Source: Lama guanicoe (lineage: Eukaryota). From it: a DNA stretch of 64,000 bases. The stretch spans positions 1,006,524-1,070,523 of the forward strand of contig MU053873.1 of the NCBI GenBank assembly GCA_013239625.1. Reading direction: 5' to 3'. The position numbers and the translations under genes are program-made. The notes below the pieces were generated by a model. It saw nothing but the letters and a program-made list of their open reading frames with translations, searched no databases and had not been told where the DNA came from. Positions 1 through 11,084 of this stretch are shown here, in pieces. Each line of letters starts with the position of its first letter. Positions within the stretch are counted from its first letter, which is position 1.

Positions 1-1318
1 TCCCTCCCTCTTAAAAAAACAACAAAAACAACAAAAGTCTGGAACATACAAAAACCTACCCTTTGGGTCTAAACTATCTGATAGTCTCTTTCTCTCTGTC
101 TCATGGAGAATCGATACATCATAGTGCATTAGGTAGAAAGGCTAGTAGACTTCTGCAGGCGAGATGAGCAACTTCAGCCATGAGGCAGAGGGCTAAACAA
201 CCCTGAAGCGGTGCTTCTGTAGGGAAACGCGAAGGGACAGATCGGAGCTCAGACCCGGTAGGGTCCTGGCCACGTGCTCCCAGAAAAGCAGCCGGAGCAG
301 CGGAGGGGTGTGGCTGCGGGCAGAGACGCATGCGCACAGGCCCGCTCCAGGGCAACCGCACCCGGGGGCGCCCCCCTCCCCCACGCATCGTTCCCCTTGC
401 TCCCACGACCCCAAGGCGGCAAAACTACATACATTCCTCCCGGGTGTTTGTCCCCACACACCCCGTGGAACCATCTCTGCAGCCAGTGGCAGGAAGCCCA
501 AGATCAGGACTGTGAACTCCGTCCTTTTACTTAGGACGAGGACCTGAGGGGACACACTGAGGTCACTGGGCACAACTGTCTCTGTCACCCCGGGGGCTTA
601 CGTAGCAATGGCTTGTCCCGGCTCCCCAGTGCTGCAGACCTATTCCTGGATATTTCCATCAGCTGCCCAGAGGTTTGGGCTGGAGAGGCATGGCTTCTGA
701 GAAGACCTGAAATTTCGTACGGTGGGATTTGCCATGAGAAAGAAAGAGGCAGCATTGCATTGTTCCTCAGAGTTTGTACCCATATCAACTAGCTTTACTT
801 CAAGTTTCTGGTTCATTTTCTAAGGCAGGTGTAGCCCTGAGCTTTTCAAAGGCCTGAGCTCCCTCCAGGGAGACAACAGTATCTACACATGATGTGGTTC
901 AATTAATGCAGCAGTGATTTTTTTTTTTTCAGCAAAAGTTGGCGGTTAGGGTTCTTTAAAATATATATTTAAATAACTTTGTACATTTACATATAATATC
1001 TTAAAAAAACAAAGCAGAGAACTCAATCCCACACACCTTGGAACCCCAAGCACACACACTTTACAAAACAGAAGAATAACATGTTATCAAGGGTCCTAGT
1101 TATCAAAAGAGGCAGAAGACTCAGAATTTTGTCTGTTGGTTTGTTAATGGGGGGGCTGCCACAGGTGGCTCACATTTTGGGTTGAGAAGGAGGGCTCTTT
1201 TTATTACCACTTTTGTGTTTGTCAAAGCTAAAAAAATCTTTTTTTTTTTTTTCTGTAGGAAGTCAGAGTTTGGAGTCTCCGTACAGTTCCCATTTCCACA
1301 TAAGAGTTCCTTCCTCGC
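1..1318 (-). other. ZNRF3: ZNRF3 3' UTR (probably continues beyond the left edge)
   Basis: Directly downstream of the stop codon in the terminal exon, with AU/U-rich tracts at ~900-1260. One AATAAA on the minus strand at 1200-1205. Confidence 0.75.
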
Positions 1319-1362
1319 TCAGGCTCCAGGGCCGCCACTGTCCGCTGGGCGAGAGCTCTGTC
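1319..1362 (-). CDS. ZNRF3: ZNRF3 last coding exon 9 ((G)QSSRPADSGGPGA-stop)
   Basis: Acceptor ctctctttcctag|GA, phase 1, 44 coding nt ending in TGA at 1319-1321. Resembles the recalled human C-terminus GPRSHSADSSSPGA. Exons 2-9 sum to 2484 nt, divisible by 3. Confidence 0.9.
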
Positions 1363-2580
1363 CTAGGAAAGAGAGCACAACTGTCAGGGCGGGGCTGGTG
1401 GGCGCTGCCTGCAGGGACCAGGCAGGGGACTTGGGGGCCCATCCCACCTGTGGCAGGCTCTCAGGAAGGGACAGCTCACAATACTGGACAAACCATGTAG
1501 ATGGGAAGGGCTGAAGCAGCCCCCTTTCTAAGGGCCGGCCTCCCTTAACAGGCCCAACGGAGCCTTCCGGAAGCCCTTAGGCAGCGTGGAAACACAATAT
1601 ACAAAAGATGTGTGTGTGGGGGCTGCTGCAGGCACTGGGAAGAGCAGGGAGCAGGCCCCCATCACCGTGCTTTCCAACCTCAGAACAGAGAGGCCTGGAG
1701 GCTGGGATGAGCCTGGCACTGGAGGCACAGGCAGCTGAGGTAGTGAACGAGGAGGCGAGGGAAGCAGGAGGTGGTCGAGGGTTTGGCAGGGCCTGGTTAG
1801 AGGGAACTGGGTGAGGGGTCTATGTTCCTACAATTCCAAAGGTGATGGCAAGTCAGTGAAGGGTTTTCTTGTGTAAAGACCTAGACTTGTATTTTAAAAC
1901 AGACGACCCTGGCACCCACGTGGAACAGAAGGCAGGACCGGCAACAGGAGACCAGTCAGGCTACTGCCTTCGCTGCGGACTGCAGGTGGGGAGGCGGGGT
2001 AGACCGACGTGGGGCACACTTTGTCAGGGGAACCTGTCCCAGTGCCACTTAAAGGTGCTGGGCTGCACACTATTACTGAGACAAAATGTTTAGAAATTTC
2101 ATAGCAATTTGATGATGTCTGCTGAATCTAATAATAAAAAACTTGGACTTGGATTTTGCATGTCTTTTGCTAAGTTTCATTTTTCTGGGGATTCAGTTTT
2201 CTGGATGAGGGGAAAACCAGCACATGTGGTTCTCAAAGACAGGTTGGGAAGCCCGGGACCCTGGAGCATGAGGAGCAGGGCAGGGTCGGGGCTGGTGCCT
2301 GGGTTTTTGGCCTGAGCATCTTGGTGGGGAGCCCTGGAGGAGACGGTGCAGAGGGAGGACTTCAAGACACGGCTGTGGCAGGATCAGTGGGATGCTTCTG
2401 TCGCATCTGGGGGACAGATCATGGAAGCAGAGGCCCAGCGGAAGGGCAGGGTTGGGGAAGAACACTTGGAAACCATCAGATACAGATGGCGTTTAAAGCC
2501 AAGGACACAAAGAAAGTCACTTAGAAAGTGAAGTAAAGAGAAGACCCAGACTCTGGCCTACTGTCACCTCCCGCTCTCAC

Positions 2581-4305
2581 CTGTAGCCTCAGTGGCTGTG
2601 GCGTTGGACTCCTGAGTGTCCTGGGAGGCCCTGGGGGGGCTGGCCCTGGGGGGCCCCACCTCCTCCGGAGGGCAGCCAGGGGGCAGTGGTGCCCTGGCCG
2701 GGCAGCACAGAACCCGCTCTTCTTCCTGGGCTGCTCCCAAGCCCCTGCGGGGCCATGGGGCATCAGGGCCTGGCAGCGTCCCACCCCAGGGGCCGAGGCC
2801 ACGAGTCCCTTGGCGGTTGGAGAGCAAGCCCAAGTCGCAGTCCACATCCTCTGGAATGATGGGGATGCGCTGGCTCAGGTCCCGGGCCCCAGGGTGGCAG
2901 CTGGGCGGGGGCTCCTGGGTGAGTGTGTACTGCACGCGCACTGAGCAGTCCTCCGGGTAGCAGCCGCCGCCCCCGCCGCCATGGGCCACCTGCTTCTCTT
3001 CATAGAAGCAGCAGGGCAGCCCCTCGTATTTCACCCCATCTGTCCTGGGCAAATGGTCTGGGTGAAGGCCGTACGGACCCTGGGAGCTCCCCGGCTGCAG
3101 CTCCCCACCCGGGGGGCCCAGGAACAAGGTGCTGCCCCCCACCGCTCCCACGCTGGGCTCCAGGGCGGAGGGCTGGGGCTCACAGCAGCAGGCACATGAT
3201 GGCCCCTCACGGGCCCCCTTCCAGGTCCTCCTGAGGTCCGGGGCGGCCCCAGGGGAGGCCTCGAGCCCCACTTCTGAGGTAGAGCCATTGGGCCCGCGGT
3301 GCTCCAGGGAGGAGCTGCTGCTGCAGTTCATCTCCAGGCTGCAGGTGGACAGCTGGTCCCCCGACGGAGAGGCAGGGCCGGGCCAGGGCTCTCCGCGCGC
3401 TGTACCCTGACTGTGGGCTGCCGGGAGCTCCTCGGGGGGCGGGGAGCCCTCCAGGCGCAGGACCGGCCCCCGACCTGAGCCCCCCACATCGCTGGTGCGA
3501 CAGGGGCTCCGGCTGCGGTAGATGAAGGGGTCGTAGTCGCTGCTGAGGGAGCTGCGGAAGGTGGAGCAGCTCCCGTACACGCCCTGGTTGCTGACCTCTG
3601 TGCAGTCCACCACTGAGTCGCTGGATGAGCAGTGGCACTGGCCGGAGCTGCTGCTGCTGCTGCTGCTGTCGCTGCCTGGGCAGTCAGCCAGGTAGCCGCT
3701 GCACACCGAGCGGTGGCCGTGGTAGCAGCTGAAGCTGGACGCGCTGCCGCTCTCCAGGTGGGCGGGCGGCGCCACGTGCACCACGGTGGGGAAGAGCAGG
3801 CTGCTGCCGCCAGCGCTCGGGGGAAAGGCCCGGGCCGGGCCCCTGGGAGCCAGGCCGGCTGGGGCCTGGCCCTCCTGCTCGGGGTAGCTAAGGCCCTGGA
3901 AGTAGTAGTGCTGGTACATGGTCTCATACTGGGAGAAGCAAGCTGCCTTGGAGAAGCTGCGGCCGCTGAACTTGGGCCGGCGGAAGGGATGGGCGGGGGA
4001 GTAGGGCCGGTGCTCCAGGCCGCAGCGGTGCGGGGCCAGCGCGGGGTCCAGGTGGAGGGGCGGGTAGCCGCGGATGTAGGCGGGGGTCTGGGGCGAATAG
4101 AGGCTCTGCTCTCCATGCCGGTCCATGGTCAGCAGCGTGACGGGGTTCCCGTGGGAGTCCATGCTCGTCCTGGTGGGGTAGGCCGGGATGGCGCTGGTCC
4201 TGTGCACGCGGCCGGGGTAGTGCACCGGCAAGATGACCCTCTGCTGCCGGCTGCGTGCCAGGTTGCTCGTCTCCACGCACACGGCACTCGGGTTTCCCTT
4301 TTGCT
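2581..4305 (-). CDS. ZNRF3: ZNRF3 coding exon 8, long cytoplasmic tail (Dishevelled-interacting region, YETMYQHYY motif, Ser-rich region)
   Basis: 1725 nt, phase 1/1. Acceptor ctccacag|AG CAA, donor ACA G|gtgaga. Core of ORF 2564..4633. Motifs [38 protein letters not shown] and [18 protein letters not shown] are characteristic of ZNRF3; the first has a counterpart in RNF43. Confidence 0.97.
3647..3667 (-). repeat. (AGC)7 coding trinucleotide repeat encoding poly-Ser
   Basis: (GCT)7 on the plus strand; translates to [10 protein letters not shown] in exon 8 together with the following TCC codon. Confidence 0.9.
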
Positions 4306-4636
4306 CTGTGGAGAGGCAAGCGGGGGGAGACAGAGTCAGCCGGTGGAGCACACTGGGGCCAAGGGCACAGCCTGAGGCAACAGATGGCGAGGTGCCCAGT
4401 CTCACGGCCCTGGCCCATTCTAAGCCGTCAACAAGCCCGGCCACACCGGCAGAGGCTGGAGACCTGCTTCTCCACTTGAAGGGGGGGGTCACTCCTGTAA
4501 GGGTCCATCTCCCACCCCTCAGCTGCTCTGCACAACAAAGGCATGAGAGAGCAACACGGAGACTGAGAGGAAAGAGGCGTTCCCTCCTGGCCAAACAGCC
4601 ACCCGGAGAGCACCCTGCGTCCTGGCCCCTCATTCA

Positions 4637-5239
<603 letters not shown>

Positions 5240-6104
5240 TCAGGGCCCAGCACAGGTTCTAGAAACAAAGAAATGGCCCACCAGCCAGCTCCAGCCATGG
5301 TGCTGGGTGCTGAGGGAGGAAGCAGTCCCCTCTCAGCCGCTGGAGGAGGGCATGCATGGGACCAGAGCCAGGTGCTGGTCCAGACAGTCAGCCTGGAGGT
5401 GTGGAGAGACGGCTAGGTACCCCTCAGACCTGCTGCATCTCTGGGACGGCGGGCACCTCCGGATACCCAAAACGGCATGGGTACAAAGGAAGAAGCCTGG
5501 GCCCCATGACTGACAGGTGGGGCGGCAAAGGGGCCAATTTCTCCTGTCCTCTCCTTCACTGGACCCTCAACACTCACCTGGGGACAGACAGTTTATAACA
5601 AAGCACCACACGTGGAGAGGAAGGATGGGGTTCTGAGGCAGAACCACCTCTAAAGTTCCAGAGCATCCTCCAAACTTGCTAATTTTACTTTGTTTTTCCA
5701 GTCTCTGACCAGCTCAGCAGAGTAATATTTAAACTAATCCCTAAGGCTGTGCCTGACCGTGGTAAGAGTTCTAGCCGGATTTTCTCATGTAACCTTTACG
5801 GTCACCTGGCTGCAGGTCAGTCTTGGGCCCGTGTCACAAGCATAGGCATAGAGAGCAGAGTCTCTTGCCCAAGATCACAAAGCTAGAACCCTGCTGGGCC
5901 AAGAGGAGAACTCAGGCGGTGTGCAGAGAGAGACCGTGAGAGACTATTACGCTGAAGGTGTCTGCAGAATCTCTTTTTTCATCTAACAGTCTATACAGCA
6001 GTGGGACACTTTCATCAAAAGGACATCAAATGTCTGCAACTAATTCTGCAGCGGTTTGCTCCCTACTCAAAATGTGTGCACGTGCAGCCTCCATCCATCC
6101 GGAA

Positions 6105-6225
6105 AGAGATGAAGTCAATGTGGCAAAATGTTAACAATGGTGATTCAAGGTGAGGCATGCTGCTTCACTGCATGATTCTTGCAACTTTTCTGAAAGTTTG
6201 GAATTTTCAGAAAAAAGCTAGAAGG
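6105..6225 (+). mobile_element. Old L1 (L1MC/ME-type) 3' end fragment
   Basis: aatgtggcaaaatgttaacaatggtga...attcttgcaacttttctg...tttggaattttc matches the recalled ancient L1M 3' UTR terminus. Confidence 0.6.
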
Positions 6226-6653
6226 AAAAAGTGGACATCACATCCCTTGTCTCTCTGTAAGTAAAAATGTAAACGTTCCACACAGCTTTGGGGGAGAGGT
6301 CTATATCAAGTCAAGTCCCAGAGATTTCGGAAGAGCAGTTCTAAAATTAAGCCAACACATGTGAATATTCTTAAAACCAGACGTTTTCTGGCCCATGACG
6401 TATTTCTGATCAATTTCCAAAATCACCAAGATTCAGCTGGGTCCTCTGGAGAGAGTGTCCGTGTGTGGGGCCACCCCTTCCAGGGGAAACAGCAGTTAGG
6501 AGGTCTCAGGACACCCCCTTGAGACCGAGGCATCTCAGCCCTTCTCCTGCAAAGCTGTGGGAAAAGAGCCCTGCCCTTCCAGGTCCTGTGTGCCTCTGCC
6601 GGCCTGTCCACCTGGTCCCCACCAGGCGGGGGGCCACCTCTGCCATTCATTAC

Positions 6654-6821
6654 CTCTCCATCGATGTACTTCTCCAGGCAGATGGCGCAGTCGGATGTGG
6701 AGCTGCTGCTGAGCGTGTCCAGGGCCCCGCAGCTCCCCTCCCGGCGCCCCTTGCTCTTGGAGTTGAACTTCCTGGTTTCCATCTTCTCCAGGGCCTGTAC
6801 AGCCAGTCTGTTCATGGAATT
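6654..6821 (-). CDS. ZNRF3: ZNRF3 coding exon 6 ([19 protein letters not shown]...[13 protein letters not shown]), first half of RING-H2
   Basis: 168 nt. Acceptor cgcacag|AAT, donor GAG|gtaatg. Contains CxxC (CAIC). Confidence 0.97.
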
Positions 6822-7799
6822 CTGTGCGGCAGAATGTGGTCCAAGTTAGGGTCTGGGACGTACTAACAGTGGTGGTCACCCCTAGGGTCGTGGTACTGAT
6901 GTATCGGGACAGGCAAACGCTAGTCTCTATCAGGCCAAGACAGGTTTCCGAGGAATCACTAAAAATTCAGACCACCACAGCACAAGGTCACAGGTTTTCT
7001 AGACTCATGAGTGTCCACGACATCCACCGGGCCTTTTCCCAAGCAGCAGCACCAGCAGAGGTCTACTTGCATTGTTTGGCCAACTCTGCTCGGTGCTAAG
7101 AGTTCCTCTCTTCACTGAGGGACGTTCCAAGGGCAAACGAGGCAGCGCTCAGGGGTGCTCGACACCTGGCACATCGCCACGTGCTTGACAAGCACCAGCT
7201 GCTGCTCTGCCAGGGATGGCCACCCAGCCCTCAAGAACCCACGCCAAGGCCCGCGGCCTCTCATCAGGACCTCACCCTGCTATACGTCTGAGAGTCTAGA
7301 TCCCTGCTTATGTCCCCCGGCTGTCCTCAGCCCCGAGTCCTTCCTTCCCACCAGCACCCCACATGCTGCCTGGGGCACTGGAGCTGCCACTCTGTTTACT
7401 GAGCATTGCCTGGAGAGACTGGGAGCTGCGAGCTCGATTTGGATGCAGCAGGTCGAGGGCAGGGCCTGGGATTCTGTGTTTCTACCGAGCTCCCAGGTGA
7501 TGTGGATGCACCTGCTCCGCAGGTCCTGTTTGAGGAGCAAGGGATTAGGCTCCTTGTTAACATTTAATCATTTCCTTGGAAAAATCCCGGGCGGGAAACA
7601 GCCCCAGTGCTCAGCCTTTGCAGGACTGGCCCTTTTGGAACAGAGACGACATGGTGCTATAAGCTTTGCACTGGGTTTTCTCCATCGTTGTTGCTTCCAG
7701 GCCGCTGGGAACAGGCTGCAGGGCTCTGGACCCCACCCTGGTTTGCACCCTAGGCGACGCAGGTGGGAGTGCCGTTCACCGGCTGCTCTGAGCCTTTAC

Positions 7800-7910
7800 C
7801 TGACTGCGTCGCTGTTTCAGCTTGATTTTGACGAGAAGGATGAGGCAGACCAAGGAGACCACGACGAAGAAAGCCAGGAAGATCCCCATGTCAAAGTACT
7901 CAGTGGGTTG
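7800..7910 (-). CDS. ZNRF3: ZNRF3 coding exon 5, transmembrane helix ([37 protein letters not shown])
   Basis: 111 nt. Acceptor tgttccag|CAA, donor CAG|gtaaag. Hydrophobic ~21-aa span followed by basic KIKLKQRR stop-transfer residues. Confidence 0.97.
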
Positions 7911-9201
7911 CTGGAACAGAGCACAGACAGAATGAATCACAGCTCTCTTCAGCCTGGCGATCGGCAAAGGGCTGGGATAAGGATGAGGCCCCCGGGCTGC
8001 ACCCCCTTCAGTTGCAGGAAACCCCTGGGGCCCTGTTAACATGTGCACAATGTGCCATGCAGGCCCAGGGAGAACCCGCAGTGTGGCCCGGGGAGGCCTG
8101 CAGTGGTCTTAGGCAGGCCTCCTAACAGCCGGGAGAGCTCTGTTCACAGAGCCGAGCTCTCCATGGAAGAGCGCAAAGCTTGCTGTCACCGGTAGGAGAG
8201 GCCCTTCCAAATGAACACAGATATCACATTTATGGGACAAAAGAGTGAGTGTCATGTTTTGAGGGAACAGTGATTACTGACCATATAATTAATGGTTTAC
8301 AACAGCTCAGAACATTGCATGCTGCTTCCACAAATATCAGCTTCCACTACAATGAGTCACAGTGACCAAAGTGCTCTTTTTTCCTTTAAAAAGCAGCCAG
8401 CAAGTCAGCTCTTCTAGAAACTCCTTTAAGTTTTAATTCTTACCTTTTCCTCACGGCGCACTGCCTCCTAAAACTTCAAGGTCACCTCATCTAAGACATG
8501 CATTTAGCCAACAGGAGTGGAGTTTTGCTAACTGAATGCTGTGGGTATCCGGGTATTTTGTGTGTGCAGAATCATCCTATCTGTGAATATTCCAATATTT
8601 GTGAGGAGGAAATGAACCACAGATGGGGCTCTGTCCCAGGTTCCCAGAATCTTCAGCCTGAGTTTGGGCAGAAGATGCCAGCAGGGTCGCCTTAACACGC
8701 TTAAGAGAAGCCGGAAAAATAAGGCTATTCATTAACCACCTGGAAATCGTGGACTACAAGCCCAGTTGGAAGCTTACTTTTCCAGAATCAGATACAAGTT
8801 GAGGGGTGTCGATACCACAATGGCCCTACGGGGGAAAGGAAGGGCAGGCCTTTCTCTCTAGTCCAGGTTGGATGGAAGGAGGGAGACACAGGAAGCTGGG
8901 TCTTCCTTCCCTGCAACCCTCCTCACTTAGCCTTTCGGAGGACAGAAGAGAAAAAAGGATGAGAGGTCACCACCAAGAGGGAACGCCTGGCGGAAGAGAC
9001 ATCTGGTCACAAATCATCGTCCTCTGCAAGGACTTTTCAAGTCTCCTCTAAAGGAAGCGAGTGAAATTTTTCCCTGGCCCCCAGCCTGATCTCCCCCTGC
9101 AGGGCTGTGGGGCGTGCCGGCACTTCATACAAAAAGGAGGCAGGAGCAAAAGGCCAAACGCTGGTAGGGACAGAGGCCCGGGCGGCCAGGCGGAGGCTCA
9201 C

Positions 9202-9333
9202 TCGAGGAGGGCGGTGCTGGATCCTCGCTCGGGCCACCTTCTGTTTGTTGACGATGTTCATCAGCTTGACGGCGTCTGCACCCTTCACGTACACCACCGG
9301 CCTCTTGAGTGGGTCCTCCGAGCCCTGGTTCAG
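9202..9333 (-). CDS. ZNRF3: ZNRF3 coding exon 4 ([44 protein letters not shown])
   Basis: 132 nt. Acceptor ttccttag|CTG, donor CGA|gtgagc. End of the PA domain. Overlaps ORF 9037..9297. Confidence 0.97.
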
Positions 9334-9739
9334 CTAAGGAAGACGAGAAGGCCTGATGAGAAGTGATTACTTTACAGGGCGGGAGAAGGTGAGAAAGGGT
9401 GAGAAAGGCTGGCAGAGAGGAACAGTAAAGACCCTTTGGAAAACCCTCAGACTCTTCCAGCATCATAGACTCGGAGCTTCTGGAAGGACGAGGCTGAGGA
9501 GGATGCTTGTTTGAGGATGGGCTGGGACCCCACAAGGGGCTCTGACAATGCTTCCCAATCCCCAACTTCCTGGCTCTGAACTCTTGCCTTGGAACATGAC
9601 ATGCAAACATGGTAACTAATGAGGGCAAGCAAGTGCAAAGGCCCTGAGGTGGGGTGACGTGACGGTGAGAAGCCAAGCTAAGAAAAGGAAGTGCTTCTCT
9701 CGGGGACAATGTGGCGCCGGCCCAGCCCGAGGCGTTTAC

Positions 9740-9814
9740 CTGGTCTATAGCTTCTGGGTTTTCAGACACGTCGAAGATGACAGCAGTAGCTCCACGCTGT
9801 ACTGCTCGCTTGGC
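9740..9814 (-). CDS. ZNRF3: ZNRF3 coding exon 3 ([25 protein letters not shown])
   Basis: 75 nt. Acceptor ctgccag|GCC, donor CAG|gtaaac. PA-domain KxxxAxxxGAxAVI motif continuing from exon 2. Lies within ORF 9125..9844. Confidence 0.97.
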
Positions 9815-9889
9815 CTGGCAGGGTGAAAGAGAGCAGGTTGGCACTCTGGTTCTCTTACCTTTCCGAAGTTGGCCTTGGGAATCGGACCT

Positions 9890-10055
9890 GTATTTGAATG
9901 CAGAATCTGACAGTCACCAACTTAGGTGACTGGGCAAGTGATGGACTTTCTGAACCTCAATTTGCCCATCTGTTAAAAAGGGTGGGGGTGGGGGAAGGGA
10001 GCAATAGCACCTCCCTTGTACAGCTATCCTGAGAGGCAGATGAATTAGAAATGCT
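9890..10055 (+). mobile_element. MIR SINE
   Basis: Core gtgactgggcaagt...tctgaacctcaatttgcccatctgttaaaa...aatagcacct resembles the MIR core. Confidence 0.7.
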
Positions 10056-10478
10056 GAAAATAACCAAATTACCTCCCCTGCAAAAAAGCAAAAAAAACAA
10101 AACAAATAAACCAAAAAACCCAAAAAAATAAGTGGTGACAATAAATAACTAGGTAATCAACTAACTTGTCACTATCCAGCCTAAACATGAAAAACAAACT
10201 ACAAATCAACCACCTGCCCAGTAAGTATGAAGGCGCTGATTTCAGTGTTTCCTTCTACGAAGGTGGGGCCAATGGCAACTAAAGCAAACGCCTTTGGTCC
10301 TTCTCTCATGGTCCTGCTTATTCCCGCACCATCCAGTACCCCAGCGGGAAAAGCACGCTGTATATTTCCCAAGGAGTCTCAAAATGGTCAGTTTTAATAA
10401 CCACCATAAACTGGGGACCTTTGGAGATGCTGTCAAAGGGAAAAGCTACGAGAAATAATTGTAAATGAGGATTTAGAG

Positions 10479-10652
10479 CAGTTGGCTGCCAAACCTGGCT
10501 GCACATCAAAAACCACTTGGGAAGTTTGTAAAGCAGATTTCCTGGCTCAAACCACAGAGACTGATTCAGCAGGGCTGGAGGAAGGCCCAGGAAACTGAGT
10601 TCTGAACGTTTTCTGAGGGATTCTGATGACTCGACCCCTTGGGGAACTACTG
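10479..10652. mobile_element. hAT-Charlie MITE, MER5A/B-like
   Basis: cagt..ccaaacctggctgcacatca...gggctggaggaaggcccagga...gattctgatg...gggaactactg; MER5-type termini and interior. Confidence 0.65.
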
Positions 10653-11070
10653 ATCAGAGATGAGGTTAGAATGTTTTAGGAACAAATGAGAAGTGGAGGG
10701 ATTCTTTTCTGGAGGCAAGGCTTCCTCTCCACTCCAGTGAACCTTCAAATTTCATGTCTGGCTAAGTGGACAACAGGGGAGAAGCTGTGGAAGGACAGAC
10801 ATAAGACACAGTCCTTGCTTTTAGGAACCTCAATCTTGTCAGGGAATCAAGACACCTCGAATGTGGGGGGAAAACCAAAACCAAAAACAAACCTCCTATA
10901 AGATGGGCAAATGATGGCTAGTACTTAGAGGTCAAGAAAGTCTCTGTGGGCCAGAGCGCTTGAGAAAGAATCAAATCTGAATTCCTTCCATAGGAAGGAA
11001 TCACTTTACAGGGACGCAGCAAAGGAAAGCAGCCCTGAGCTTTAGACCAGAAACCAATGGTGGCATCAGC

Positions 11071-11084
11071 CCACCAGAGGGCAG
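11071..11084 (+). promoter_or_regulatory. CTCF core motif CCACCAGAGGGCAG
   Basis: 14/14 match to the consensus CCASYAGRKGGCRS. Binding is not shown by sequence alone. Confidence 0.6.

Noticed and set aside
3328..4116. 262-aa alternative-frame ORF and antisense ORFs (e.g. 3632-4375) overlapping exon 8
   Set aside because: Expected from high GC content and codon bias, which deplete stops. Low-complexity A/P/R/T composition and no domain. PhyloCSF or ribosome profiling would be needed to revive it.
2564..4633. 689-aa single-exon ORF as a stand-alone gene
   Set aside because: Only 2581-4305 is exon 8. The N-terminal ~109 aa and the terminal ESGR are intron read-through beyond clear splice sites.
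7155..8039. 294-aa plus-strand ORF antisense to exon 5
   Set aside because: Non-ATG start, no recognisable domain; the acidic stretch is simply the reverse complement of the transmembrane codons.
9852..9864. Strong donor-like AAG|GTAAGA just upstream of exon 3
   Set aside because: It would define a 44-nt intron, below the usual mammalian minimum.
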